Shown: positions 49,755-58,807 of the stretch, piece by piece | Position numbering within the stretch: the stretch's first letter is position 1 | Layout: each line of letters starts with the position of its first letter | Source of the DNA: Spirochaetia bacterium | GTDB taxonomy: Bacteria; Spirochaetota; Spirochaetia; WTKD01; G963693115 | Direction of reading: 5' to 3' | Assembly: GCA_965216965.1 (NCBI GenBank) | Contig: CBDCGX010000003.1 | Location: 24,033-88,032 of the forward strand | Length of the DNA: 64,000 bases | The notes under the pieces: model-generated | What the model was told of the DNA's origin: nothing | The model's input: only the letters and a program-made list of their open reading frames with translations | Database searches by the model: none | Translations under genes and position numbers: made by a program

Positions 49755-50576
49755 ATGAATAAGCAAGATGTTTTTATTAAAAAAGGGATTATCTTATTTA
49801 CAATAGCATGTATAGCTGTTTTGTTGGTAATAACACTTATATTAGGAGTATATATTCTATTTTTAAAGAAACCCCACTTTATTTCGTATGTTTCTATTAT
49901 ACCAGTAGTACTTATTGTAATACTATCTCTTGTAATGGTATTGCACCATACCTATTTATATAAAGGCACTATTTCGTCAATATATACTATATTAGTTTTT
50001 ATACTATTTTCGGTAAATATGGCGGGATGGGGATATCTTGCATATGTACAAGACGATGGAAAGATAAATCTATTTTATTCTAAATACTCTGTAAAAAATT
50101 TTATAGATCATGATTATCAAAACAATAGGTATATATATACTTTAAGAGATACTGAGAATATGATGTCTGCTTACATTTCTTTAGATTACTCAGATGAAAA
50201 AGTATTAGTTGAGAAGGTAAATGAATTATATAAAAGATTTGATACAGAAAGTAATCTTATGAGAAATTCTTTTTCGTATTTTATTCTTTGGGCAAAAAAA
50301 TCTCCTAATGACTATCCTAAAATACTTGTGCTTTTGTTTATAATATTATACTCGCTTGTTCTGGGAGCAGCGGTATTGATTTCTGGTTTGTTTTTATGGA
50401 GAGTGTTGCAATATACAGTGCTTATTAATGTATATGGTTTTATTAATGTTCTTGTTAATTATAGTTTTAGAAATATAATTTTATTATTGTTTGTATTGTC
50501 ATCGATTTTATTCCTTCTTATAATTATATTTATTCTTAGGATACAAAGAACTCACGAAAGAACCTTATTAAGGTAG
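49755..50576 (+). CDS. hypothetical polytopic membrane protein (273 aa; 3 TM - soluble loop - 3 TM)
   Basis: Hydrophobic segments at both ends, with a ~90-aa polar middle. Confidence 0.5.
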   Translation: MNKQDVFIKKGIILFTIACIAVLLVITLILGVYILFLKKPHFISYVSIIPVVLIVILSLVMVLHHTYLYKGTISSIYTILVFILFSVNMAGWGYLAYVQDDGKINLFYSKYSVKNFIDHDYQNNRYIYTLRDTENMMSAYISLDYSDEKVLVEKVNELYKRFDTESNLMRNSFSYFILWAKKSPNDYPKILVLLFIILYSLVLGAAVLISGLFLWRVLQYTVLINVYGFINVLVNYSFRNIILLLFVLSSILFLLIIIFILRIQRTHERTLLR

Positions 50577-50588
50577 AGAAAGAGAAAG

Positions 50589-52244
50589 ATGAAAAAGTCA
50601 ATAAATAATATTGTATATTTTCTTAGTGTAGGGTACCTTGTATTCTGGCTTTTTATATTATATAATTCATTTTATTTTATTTCTTTTAAAGTGTTCATAT
50701 TTGAGTGGGCTGTTTTACCACTATACATAATGGGGTTTTCATTGTTTTTAATAAGTAGATATAATATTAAAACAATCAGATCTGCATCAATATTCTCGTT
50801 GTTAGTGCTACATTCCATTTTTGCTCTTTTATATCTTATGTTTATTGTGTTTTACTTTCCACCACTTTTAGAGAAAGAAACGCTTAAACAAAGAATTGAT
50901 AGCACAAAGAATAAAATTATGAGATATGCTTCGGTTGCACAGAATATTAAAGATGTTGATGAAGTATATCAATATTCTCAAATATATAAATTATATTTTC
51001 CAAAATCAGAAAATATTTTCTTATCTTCTGAAGAAGAAATACAAAAAGATTTGTTTCTGGGTGACAATAGCAATATGAAAAAAGATATAAAAAGTGTTGC
51101 TGATATGATAAATGTAGTTAATACTAAGAATCTTACAAAAGAAGAATTGCTGCAAATAGTGCGCGAATATGTATATAAAGAATATTTTTATGCAGCACAG
51201 TTATTTCTTTCTCAGTATGTATTGCTCTATGGCAATTCTGAAAAGACAAAGAAGCTAGGTGTCGATATTAAAACAAAGATAGGTTCTAATATAGCATCGT
51301 ATGATTTAGAAAGAAAATCCTATTTTCAAAGGAAAATTAAATATATATATAATCTTTTACTTTTAGATAAGACACGTTATAATGAATTATTATCTGCATA
51401 TTATCAAATTACGGCATTAGGAAATATATATCCTCAAAATAGCCAATTGCAATGGCTATTAAATTTGTGGAAGAAGCGGACAAAGAATACTATCCTGTTT
51501 GCAGGAGAGGTGAGACTTGCGCTTAGTAAACAAGCAAATATAAAACCTATTATCTTAGAAGAAAGACAGCAAGGTGGAGTAAGAAGACTTTGGATAGCAA
51601 AAGATGCTGTCTATGTTGATGGGGCAGCATATTTCTCTGAGTTGCAATTATTGTCTTTTGACAAGAAAGAGAATTTTATTTCACACATTGAATCGCCTTA
51701 TGCAAAGTTAAGTAATGGAAAAATTATTTTACAAACTGTAGAAAGAAAGGCTGTACAAATAAAATATAAACCTAAGATTATACGAGGAGATAAAAAAAAT
51801 ATCAGAGAAATCTCCACAACAGTAGAGCCCAAGGAAATATCTTATTTGTATTCAAATTATAGAATGTTACTTAGTGAAAATATTATAACCGTTATACAAT
51901 CAATACCTGTTTGGAGAAAATATTCGCTCCCAATTAGAATACTTTACAACAGAATTGTATATGATATTATGAGAATACTTTTCTTTGCTATAGTTGGGTA
52001 TTTAATTGTGTATATGCAATTGGTTCTCCTTAGACAAGAATTACCTTCATATGTTATGTATATATGTGCTAGTGTCTTAGCTTCTTCTGGGTTGATTCTA
52101 AGAGGATCTACAAGATATGCTATGCTTGTGTATGATTTAAGTTTTCTTCCATTTGTTCCATCACTTGTTGTTTTAGGTATTATGCTTATTATAGTTTTAG
52201 CTTCTATAGTGGGACTTATAGAGCATACCATAAAAGGGAAATAA
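50589..52244 (+). CDS. hypothetical polytopic membrane protein (551 aa; 3 TM - ~330-aa soluble region - 3 TM)
   Basis: 12-nt gap after the previous gene. Same overall architecture on a larger scale. Confidence 0.5.
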   Translation: MKKSINNIVYFLSVGYLVFWLFILYNSFYFISFKVFIFEWAVLPLYIMGFSLFLISRYNIKTIRSASIFSLLVLHSIFALLYLMFIVFYFPPLLEKETLKQRIDSTKNKIMRYASVAQNIKDVDEVYQYSQIYKLYFPKSENIFLSSEEEIQKDLFLGDNSNMKKDIKSVADMINVVNTKNLTKEELLQIVREYVYKEYFYAAQLFLSQYVLLYGNSEKTKKLGVDIKTKIGSNIASYDLERKSYFQRKIKYIYNLLLLDKTRYNELLSAYYQITALGNIYPQNSQLQWLLNLWKKRTKNTILFAGEVRLALSKQANIKPIILEERQQGGVRRLWIAKDAVYVDGAAYFSELQLLSFDKKENFISHIESPYAKLSNGKIILQTVERKAVQIKYKPKIIRGDKKNIREISTTVEPKEISYLYSNYRMLLSENIITVIQSIPVWRKYSLPIRILYNRIVYDIMRILFFAIVGYLIVYMQLVLLRQELPSYVMYICASVLASSGLILRGSTRYAMLVYDLSFLPFVPSLVVLGIMLIIVLASIVGLIEHTIKGK

Positions 52245-52247
52245 TAA

Positions 52248-53618
52248 TTATTTTTTGTAAATGTCTACTAGTTGATAAATAGTACTTACTGCAAATGTTT
52301 TTTTGTCATTTGTATGATGGAAAACATTTTTTTGGGGTACAATGATTTTTTCAAAGCCATATTCTACTGCTTGCCTGTATCGTTGCGAAAAATTCTCAAC
52401 AGATCGTATTTCTCCTGCGAGGCTTACTTCGCCAATTGCACAAATAGAGGATGGAAGAGGAGTAGTCTTATATGCAGAGTAAAGTGCTAAAAGAAGAGCG
52501 AGCTCCAGTCCAGTTTCTTGTATTTTCATGCCTCCTGCAACGTTTATGTAAATATTATGTTCCGAAAGTGAGAGTCCTAAATGTCGTTCAAGCACTGCAG
52601 CAATTCTAAATACCTGGCGTGAATCTATTTTTTCTGAAAATACTCTGTTTTGAGAATATGTTCGTACTGTAAGTGCTTGTAATTCTATTAAGAAAGGGCG
52701 AGTTCCTTCGTAGGTTGCTGCAACGCATACTCCAGGAGGAAGTTTTTCTGAACGTTCTTCTAAGAAAAATATGCCAGAATCTATTATATCAATGAGCCCC
52801 TTTTCTGTCATCTTGAGTATGCCTACTTCGTCTATTGCACCATGTCTGTTTTTTTGAGAGTATAAGAATCGGAGATTGTGTTTTGATTTTTCAAACATTA
52901 TTACGGTATCTACAAGATGCTCAATTATTTTTGGTCCTGCGATGGTGCCTTCTTTAGTGATATGAGCTATTATGAATATAGAAATAGTGTGCTCTTTTGC
53001 CCATTTACAGCAAAGCGATGTGCATGCTGTCATATGAGATATCTTTCCTGAGTTTTGAGAAATATTTTCTGAATATACTGCTTGAATTGAATCTACAATA
53101 ATACAGACAGGAGAGTGTTCTTTTATTATGTGTTCTATTCGTTCCATATAATACTCTGAACAAACAATAAGATTTTTATTAATCTTTGACTGATTGCTTT
53201 GTTTTGAGGATTGTGTTATATTTTCATTGGCAGAAGAGAGTAGTCCTAGTCGACTTGCTCGCAGTGATATTTGATTGGGGGCTTCCTCTGCACAAATATA
53301 GAGTGCTTTTCCATGTTGAGTAAGCGCAGCAATTGTTTGTAGCATGAGAGTCGATTTTCCAATACCAGGTTCTCCACTTATGAGTGTGACAGATCCTTCT
53401 ACTAATCCTCCGCCTAAGACTCTATTAAATTCTTCTGACTCGGTAGAATACCTATTGTTACTATTTACAGGAACCTCTGAGAGAGGCATTACAGTACTAG
53501 GTTTGGTTTTTGAGACAGTTAATGTTTGCTCTTCTTCTATTGTATTCCATGTCTTGCATTCAAGACATTGTCCCGTCCATTTAAGTGTTTTATATCCGCA
53601 TGAGTTACAGACAAACAT
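52248..53618 (-). CDS. radA: DNA repair protein RadA (Sms)
   Basis: Zn finger CNSCGY..CLEC, Walker A GEPGIGKST, KNRHG (KNRFG variant), Lon-like C-terminal domain. Confidence 0.95.
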   Translation of the reverse strand: MFVCNSCGYKTLKWTGQCLECKTWNTIEEEQTLTVSKTKPSTVMPLSEVPVNSNNRYSTESEEFNRVLGGGLVEGSVTLISGEPGIGKSTLMLQTIAALTQHGKALYICAEEAPNQISLRASRLGLLSSANENITQSSKQSNQSKINKNLIVCSEYYMERIEHIIKEHSPVCIIVDSIQAVYSENISQNSGKISHMTACTSLCCKWAKEHTISIFIIAHITKEGTIAGPKIIEHLVDTVIMFEKSKHNLRFLYSQKNRHGAIDEVGILKMTEKGLIDIIDSGIFFLEERSEKLPPGVCVAATYEGTRPFLIELQALTVRTYSQNRVFSEKIDSRQVFRIAAVLERHLGLSLSEHNIYINVAGGMKIQETGLELALLLALYSAYKTTPLPSSICAIGEVSLAGEIRSVENFSQRYRQAVEYGFEKIIVPQKNVFHHTNDKKTFAVSTIYQLVDIYKK

Positions 53619-53624
53619 TCTGCA

Positions 53625-54689
53625 TTATTTTGATATGGATTCAAGCTCTATGGTGAAATGCAAGAAAGAATATGCGGGTATAACATTACCCACTTCTCGA
53701 TTCCCATATCCTAATTCGGGAGGAATAACTACTGACCACTTTGCACCCTTGGGTATTTTTTGGAGAATAATTTCCCATCCTTGTATGATTTGGTTTGAAC
53801 CTAAAACTATTGTAAGAGGTTCTTTTCTTTTATAAGAGCTGTCTATAATTTCATTATTTCCATATATGCGAAGTTCGTATTGTGTTTGTATTGTGTCGCC
53901 TTTTTTTGCAAGGGTGTCTTTCCCTTTCTTTTTAGAGATAACTTTATAATATATTCCTTCTTGTGTTTTTTTATATGATGCTTTTTCAAGCTCAGCAATA
54001 ATTTTATTTTTCTTCACCTTTAATTTTTCTTTTAATTCTTTTTGTTTTTTTTCTATAAGCGTACTAAATGTCTTCCATGAAATGTTTTTTATAAATTGTG
54101 CGGGATCATTTCCCTTTGGTATAATTTTGACTGATAACATTGTGTCTCCCTCTTTTATAGATTTTACGACATCCATGTTTTTTGCTACTTTTCCAAAAAT
54201 AGTATGTTTTCCTTCTAGCCAAGGAGTTTTTCCTAAGGTAATAAAGAATTGACTTCCATTTGAGTTTGTCCCAGAATTTGCCATTGCGAGTATTCCTTCG
54301 GATGAAAATTTGAAGGAGTCTACAATTTCGTCATTAAAAGAATATCCAGGGCCTCCTGTGCCATTTCCGTTTGGATCTCCTCCTTGTGCTACAAAATCTT
54401 TTACCACTCTATGGAAAGTAAGTCCAGCAAAGAAGTTTCCTTTGCGGTCAGTTTTTATTGCAAATTTTCCCATAGCAAGTCCCACAAAGCTACTTACTGT
54501 CATTGGTACTTCTTTATAGAAAAGTTCTAATACAATACTTCCTTTTTCTAGATCAATAATAGCATAAAGACCTTCGGGGAGATCTTTTATTAACTCATTT
54601 TTTGCAGCTGCACATGAAGTAAATGCAAAGAGTAATAATAAATATAAAGAATACGATTTTCTCATAGATATTTTAATTTCACCTTCCAA
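53625..54689 (-). CDS. dual-domain peptidyl-prolyl isomerase lipoprotein: cyclophilin-type N-terminal domain + FKBP-type C-terminal domain
   Basis: Lipobox LLLFAFTSC. Cyclophilin motifs FHRVVKDFVAQGGDP, LAMANSGTNSNGSQFFIT, GKHTIFGKV. FKBP motifs IQGWEIILQKIPKGAKWSVVIPPELGYG. Confidence 0.85.
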   Translation of the reverse strand: MEGEIKISMRKSYSLYLLLLFAFTSCAAAKNELIKDLPEGLYAIIDLEKGSIVLELFYKEVPMTVSSFVGLAMGKFAIKTDRKGNFFAGLTFHRVVKDFVAQGGDPNGNGTGGPGYSFNDEIVDSFKFSSEGILAMANSGTNSNGSQFFITLGKTPWLEGKHTIFGKVAKNMDVVKSIKEGDTMLSVKIIPKGNDPAQFIKNISWKTFSTLIEKKQKELKEKLKVKKNKIIAELEKASYKKTQEGIYYKVISKKKGKDTLAKKGDTIQTQYELRIYGNNEIIDSSYKRKEPLTIVLGSNQIIQGWEIILQKIPKGAKWSVVIPPELGYGNREVGNVIPAYSFLHFTIELESISK

Positions 54690-54728
54690 TATATGTTAGA
54701 TTATGGTATCCAGTGTAAAAGAATGTTC

Positions 54729-55925
54729 TTATTTTGTCAAACTGATATATCGAACAAAATGTATAGATTCTATGATCCGTAGCTTTTCTAGCGTGGTGTC
54801 GTTGGGCATTGTGTCTACGTCTACAACCGTATATGAAATATTCTCTTTGTGTTTATTTACCATGTCTTTTATAGTTATTCCAGAACTTTCAAGTAGGGAT
54901 GTAATTGTAGAAACACTATTTGTTGTATTATATCCTCCTATAGTTACCCTATGATGGGTGTCTGAATGTACTTCCAAGCTGCATTGTGGGTAATTTACAC
55001 TATTAGCAATATTTCCGTATTTTAAGTATTCTTTTATTTGAGAACATGCCATGGATGAACAATTCTGCTCAGATTCTTTTGTAGACGCACCAAGGTGAGG
55101 AATATTAAGTACTTTAGGATTTTTAAGTGTATCATTATCGGGAAAGTCTGTAGCAAACAGGCGTAGTTTTTCTTGTGATAATGCTGCAAGAACCGCACAA
55201 TTGTCTACGAGTTCTTTTCGAGCAAAATTAAGTAGTATTGCAGTGGGCTTGCAGTGTTTTAATAAGGCTTCATTTATGAGATGATGAGTTTTCTCTGTAT
55301 AAGGTACATGTATTGATATGTAGTCAGAGCGTTTCAATATCTCTTCTATTGAGGAAATATTTTGTATTGAATGGGAGAGAGGCGGAGTATTATCTTTAGG
55401 AAGATAGGGATCATACCCAAGAACATTCATATGTAAACATGCGGCGTTATTTGCAACTTTTCTCCCTATATAGCCTAATCCTAGTACTCCGAGTGTTTTC
55501 CCCTGTATTTCATTTCCAGTAAATTTTGATTTTTCTTTTTCTATCAATGTAGATATAGAATTGTTGGGATGGTATGACAATGAGTGAGTCCAAGCAAGAC
55601 CTTTGTGTATATTTCTTGATGTAATGATCATTGTAGCAATAACGAGTTCTTTTACTGCATTTGAGTTTGCTCCTGGAGTATTGCATACAACGATACCCTG
55701 TTGTGTGCATTTTTCGACTGGGATGGTATTTACTCCCGCACCTGCTCGTGCAATTATTTTAAGGTTTTTGCCAAAGCTAACATTGTGAAGTTTTGCACTT
55801 CTACATACGATGGCATCAACATTATCTATGTCATTAGATCCTTCTATAATAGTATAGCTTTCTTTTTCAAATTTCTTGAGACCGATCTCTTGAATGGAAT
55901 TATACTTTGCAATAATGTGTTTCAT
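54729..55925 (-). CDS. serA: D-3-phosphoglycerate dehydrogenase with C-terminal ACT-like domain
   Basis: GVLGLGYIGRKVA NAD fold, LNFARKELVD, HLGAST catalytic His region. Confidence 0.85.
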   Translation of the reverse strand: MKHIIAKYNSIQEIGLKKFEKESYTIIEGSNDIDNVDAIVCRSAKLHNVSFGKNLKIIARAGAGVNTIPVEKCTQQGIVVCNTPGANSNAVKELVIATMIITSRNIHKGLAWTHSLSYHPNNSISTLIEKEKSKFTGNEIQGKTLGVLGLGYIGRKVANNAACLHMNVLGYDPYLPKDNTPPLSHSIQNISSIEEILKRSDYISIHVPYTEKTHHLINEALLKHCKPTAILLNFARKELVDNCAVLAALSQEKLRLFATDFPDNDTLKNPKVLNIPHLGASTKESEQNCSSMACSQIKEYLKYGNIANSVNYPQCSLEVHSDTHHRVTIGGYNTTNSVSTITSLLESSGITIKDMVNKHKENISYTVVDVDTMPNDTTLEKLRIIESIHFVRYISLTK

Positions 55926-56064
55926 CTTACTTATACATTATATCTTTATTATGAAGTATGTTTTGTTTTATGTTAAAAATAAAACAAAATAAAACAAAAC
56001 AACATATACAAAATAGAGCAATCTCATTTGAAGATACATAGTGTTTTTGATATAATGGGTCATC

Positions 56065-57183
56065 ATGAAGGTTATAAAGATCTTTTTATTGCTATCTGTT
56101 TTTATATTGTTAAGCCTGTTTTTAAAAAATGTAGCTAGCATTGCAGTGCCAATTGTTTTTGGTGCCTTGCTTGGATTTGTGTTTTCGTCTGTGGTTGGAG
56201 GGTTCAAACAAAGAAAAGTACCTGTTGTGCTCACAATTCCACTTACCATTATATTCTTCCTCATCATTAGCTTTGTTTTCGTTAGTATTGTAGCAATTTC
56301 AATTAATAGCATAAATGATAGATTCTCTTTTTATCAGGAGAGAGCAATAAGTGCTATAAAAATACTATCGGAGAACATGCCATTTATTCAAGGGGATTTA
56401 TTACTTCAACTACAAAATGGTATTTTCTCTTTTTTAACACGTATGCTTGTTTCTTTTTCAAAAGGTCTTATAGGGGTGACTAGTAGTTTTGTTATTGCTC
56501 TTTTTGTAATGACCTTTGTGCTTTTAGAACGATATCTTCTTTCTCATAAACTGATAAGAGTTTTTAAAAAAGACATACATAGGGCAAGAAAAGTCCTATT
56601 GCTTATAAACAATGTTAATACTCAGGTCTCTCGATTTATACTCCTAAAATCTTTGATTAGTCTTTCTACAGGAGGAATTATTTATATAGCATTTTTGTTT
56701 ATTGGCGTAGATTTTCCTCTAGCTTGGGCAATTTTGACGTTTGTATTAAATTTCATTCCGTCTGTGGGATCAATAATTGTAACCATGGCGAGCATATTAT
56801 TTGCTTTTTTGCAGTTTTCCCCTTCTTGGGGAGGGGTAATTGCTGTTATGACAGTAACTATATTAACTCAAACTATTATAGGAAATGTGCTTGATCCCCT
56901 TTTAATAGGCGATAGACTTAACTTAAGTCCGCTCGTTATTTTTCTTTCATTGTTGTATTGGGGATTGATATGGGGCCCTGCTGGGATGCTCCTCTCTACG
57001 CCCATTACAGTAACGATAAGGGTATTATTAGAAATGTCTCAATCTACATGTTCTTGGGGAGTCGCAATGGCAAATTCTCGCTTCATGAATAGAGGTCATT
57101 TATCCTTTGATATAAGATCCTCTACGCATAATAATAAAAAAAACCTGAAGGATAATACATGTTGGATACTTCTCATCCATTAA
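56065..57183 (+). CDS. AI-2E (PerM/YhhT) family transporter
   Basis: Eight or so TM helices. LNFIPSVGSII and GPAGMLLSTPITV motifs typical of PF01594-type proteins. Confidence 0.8.
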   Translation: MKVIKIFLLLSVFILLSLFLKNVASIAVPIVFGALLGFVFSSVVGGFKQRKVPVVLTIPLTIIFFLIISFVFVSIVAISINSINDRFSFYQERAISAIKILSENMPFIQGDLLLQLQNGIFSFLTRMLVSFSKGLIGVTSSFVIALFVMTFVLLERYLLSHKLIRVFKKDIHRARKVLLLINNVNTQVSRFILLKSLISLSTGGIIYIAFLFIGVDFPLAWAILTFVLNFIPSVGSIIVTMASILFAFLQFSPSWGGVIAVMTVTILTQTIIGNVLDPLLIGDRLNLSPLVIFLSLLYWGLIWGPAGMLLSTPITVTIRVLLEMSQSTCSWGVAMANSRFMNRGHLSFDIRSSTHNNKKNLKDNTCWILLIH

Positions 57184-58214
57184 GACTTCTTACAGGAGAC
57201 AGGCCAACAGGTTCGCTTCATTTAGGACATTATCTTGGGTCTTTAAAACAACGTGTTGCTTTTCAAGATACTTATGAATCTTTTATTCTTATTGCGGATT
57301 ATCATTTGCTTACAACAAGACCTTCTAAGGCTGATATAGAGAAAACGAGTAAGTATATAAAAGAAATGATGCGAGTATATTTAGCGGTAGGGCTAAATCC
57401 TAATAAAGTGGTTTTTTATTTACAGTCTCAAGTTCCCGAAGTAGCAGAAATCACGCTTTTATTTTCTATGCTTACAACAGTGCCACGGTTACAAAGAATT
57501 CCAAGTTTAAAAGATATGGCAAAGAGTGCTCATCTTAGTGAAATGCCACTTGGACTTTTGGGGTATCCTGTATTACAGTCAGCAGATATAGTGCTTCCTA
57601 TGGCACACATAGTTCCTGTAGGAAAAGATAACGAAGCTCATGTTGAGCTAACACGAGAGCTTGTGAGACGTTTTAATCATATATATGATGCTGATATTCC
57701 TGAACCTAAAGTTATAGTGCCAAAAATAAAGACGCTTATAGGCACCGATGGAAATGCCAAAATGAGTAAATCGCTTAACAATAGTATAGAACTTCTTGAT
57801 GATAGAAAAACAGTTGAAAAAAAAGTTATGGGAATGTTTACTGACCCCCAACGTATTCGTTCTGATATTCCAGGTACTGTAGAAAATAATCCAGTATTTA
57901 TTTATCATGACGCGTTTAATCCTAATGAATCCGAAATAAAAGATCTTAAGGAACGATATAGAACTGGAACTGTTGGTGATGTAGAAGTGAAGGGGAAACT
58001 CCATAGGGCGATTAATTCATTTCTTGATCCTATTCGAGAGAGGGCAGAGACTATTCCTAGTGGTTATGCAGAGCAGGTTTTGCATGATGGTACTTTGCAG
58101 ATGAGAAAAGTAGCAAAAAATACTATTATGAGCATGCGGAAATCTATGGGGCTTGCGGGTGTATGGAATAGTGTTCGTCGGAAAGCAGAAAAATACTCTA
58201 AGAAAAATACATGA
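57159..58214 (+). CDS. trpS: tryptophan--tRNA ligase
   Basis: TGDRPTGSLHLGHYLG (HIGH), YPVLQSADI, KMSKS. Confidence 0.95.
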   Translation: MLDTSHPLRLLTGDRPTGSLHLGHYLGSLKQRVAFQDTYESFILIADYHLLTTRPSKADIEKTSKYIKEMMRVYLAVGLNPNKVVFYLQSQVPEVAEITLLFSMLTTVPRLQRIPSLKDMAKSAHLSEMPLGLLGYPVLQSADIVLPMAHIVPVGKDNEAHVELTRELVRRFNHIYDADIPEPKVIVPKIKTLIGTDGNAKMSKSLNNSIELLDDRKTVEKKVMGMFTDPQRIRSDIPGTVENNPVFIYHDAFNPNESEIKDLKERYRTGTVGDVEVKGKLHRAINSFLDPIRERAETIPSGYAEQVLHDGTLQMRKVAKNTIMSMRKSMGLAGVWNSVRRKAEKYSKKNT

Positions 58215-58258
58215 GTATAAAGGAGACTTTATGATATACTGTTTACAGAGGAGAAGTC

Positions 58259-58777
58259 ATGAGACCTAAAGATAAAAAGGAGCTTTTAAGACTTAGTAAT
58301 GAAAACTTTGAAAAACTTTTTTGTTTAATCGATTCATTTGATGATAAAGTAAAAAGGGGAAAAGTTATATTCAATAATAATAGAGATAAAAATATTAGAG
58401 ATATTCTTACTCATTTACATCATTGGCATCTAATGATGCTAGAATGGTATAAAATTGGTATGAGTGGAAAAATCCCTAGTATGCCAGCAGAGGGGTATAC
58501 TTGGAGAGATACTAAAAAATTAAACAGAAAGATTTGGGAAATGTATCAAGATACTGAGTATGACAAGGCAGTAAAACTTTTACGCAATTCATTTTTGAAA
58601 ATGAAAGAAATAATGCAAAGACATACAAATAAAGAGCTTTTTGAGAAAAGGAAATACAAATGGACAGGTACTACTTCACTTGGCTCATATATAATATCAG
58701 CAACTTCAAGTCATTATGATTGGGCTATGAAACTTCTAAAAACATATAAAAGAAATAATTTAAAACAAACTTTGTAA
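58259..58777 (+). CDS. ClbS/DfsB (DUF1706) family four-helix-bundle protein
   Basis: KKELLRLSNENFEKLFCLIDS, ILTHLHHWHLMMLEWYKIG, PAEGYTWRDTKKLNRKIWEMY, WTGTTSLGSYIISATSSHYDWAMKLLK align motif-for-motif with ClbS-like proteins as I recall them. GAGGAG RBS. Confidence 0.75.
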   Translation: MRPKDKKELLRLSNENFEKLFCLIDSFDDKVKRGKVIFNNNRDKNIRDILTHLHHWHLMMLEWYKIGMSGKIPSMPAEGYTWRDTKKLNRKIWEMYQDTEYDKAVKLLRNSFLKMKEIMQRHTNKELFEKRKYKWTGTTSLGSYIISATSSHYDWAMKLLKTYKRNNLKQTL

Positions 58778-58807
58778 TACTATTTACTATAAACAGGATA
58801 GATTCAT

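Noticed and set aside
55955-56010. Long A/T hairpin and ATAAAACAAA repeats between serA and the AI-2E transporter gene
   Set aside because: It is low-complexity A/T sequence in a divergent promoter region. The pairing is imperfect and not distinguishable from chance.
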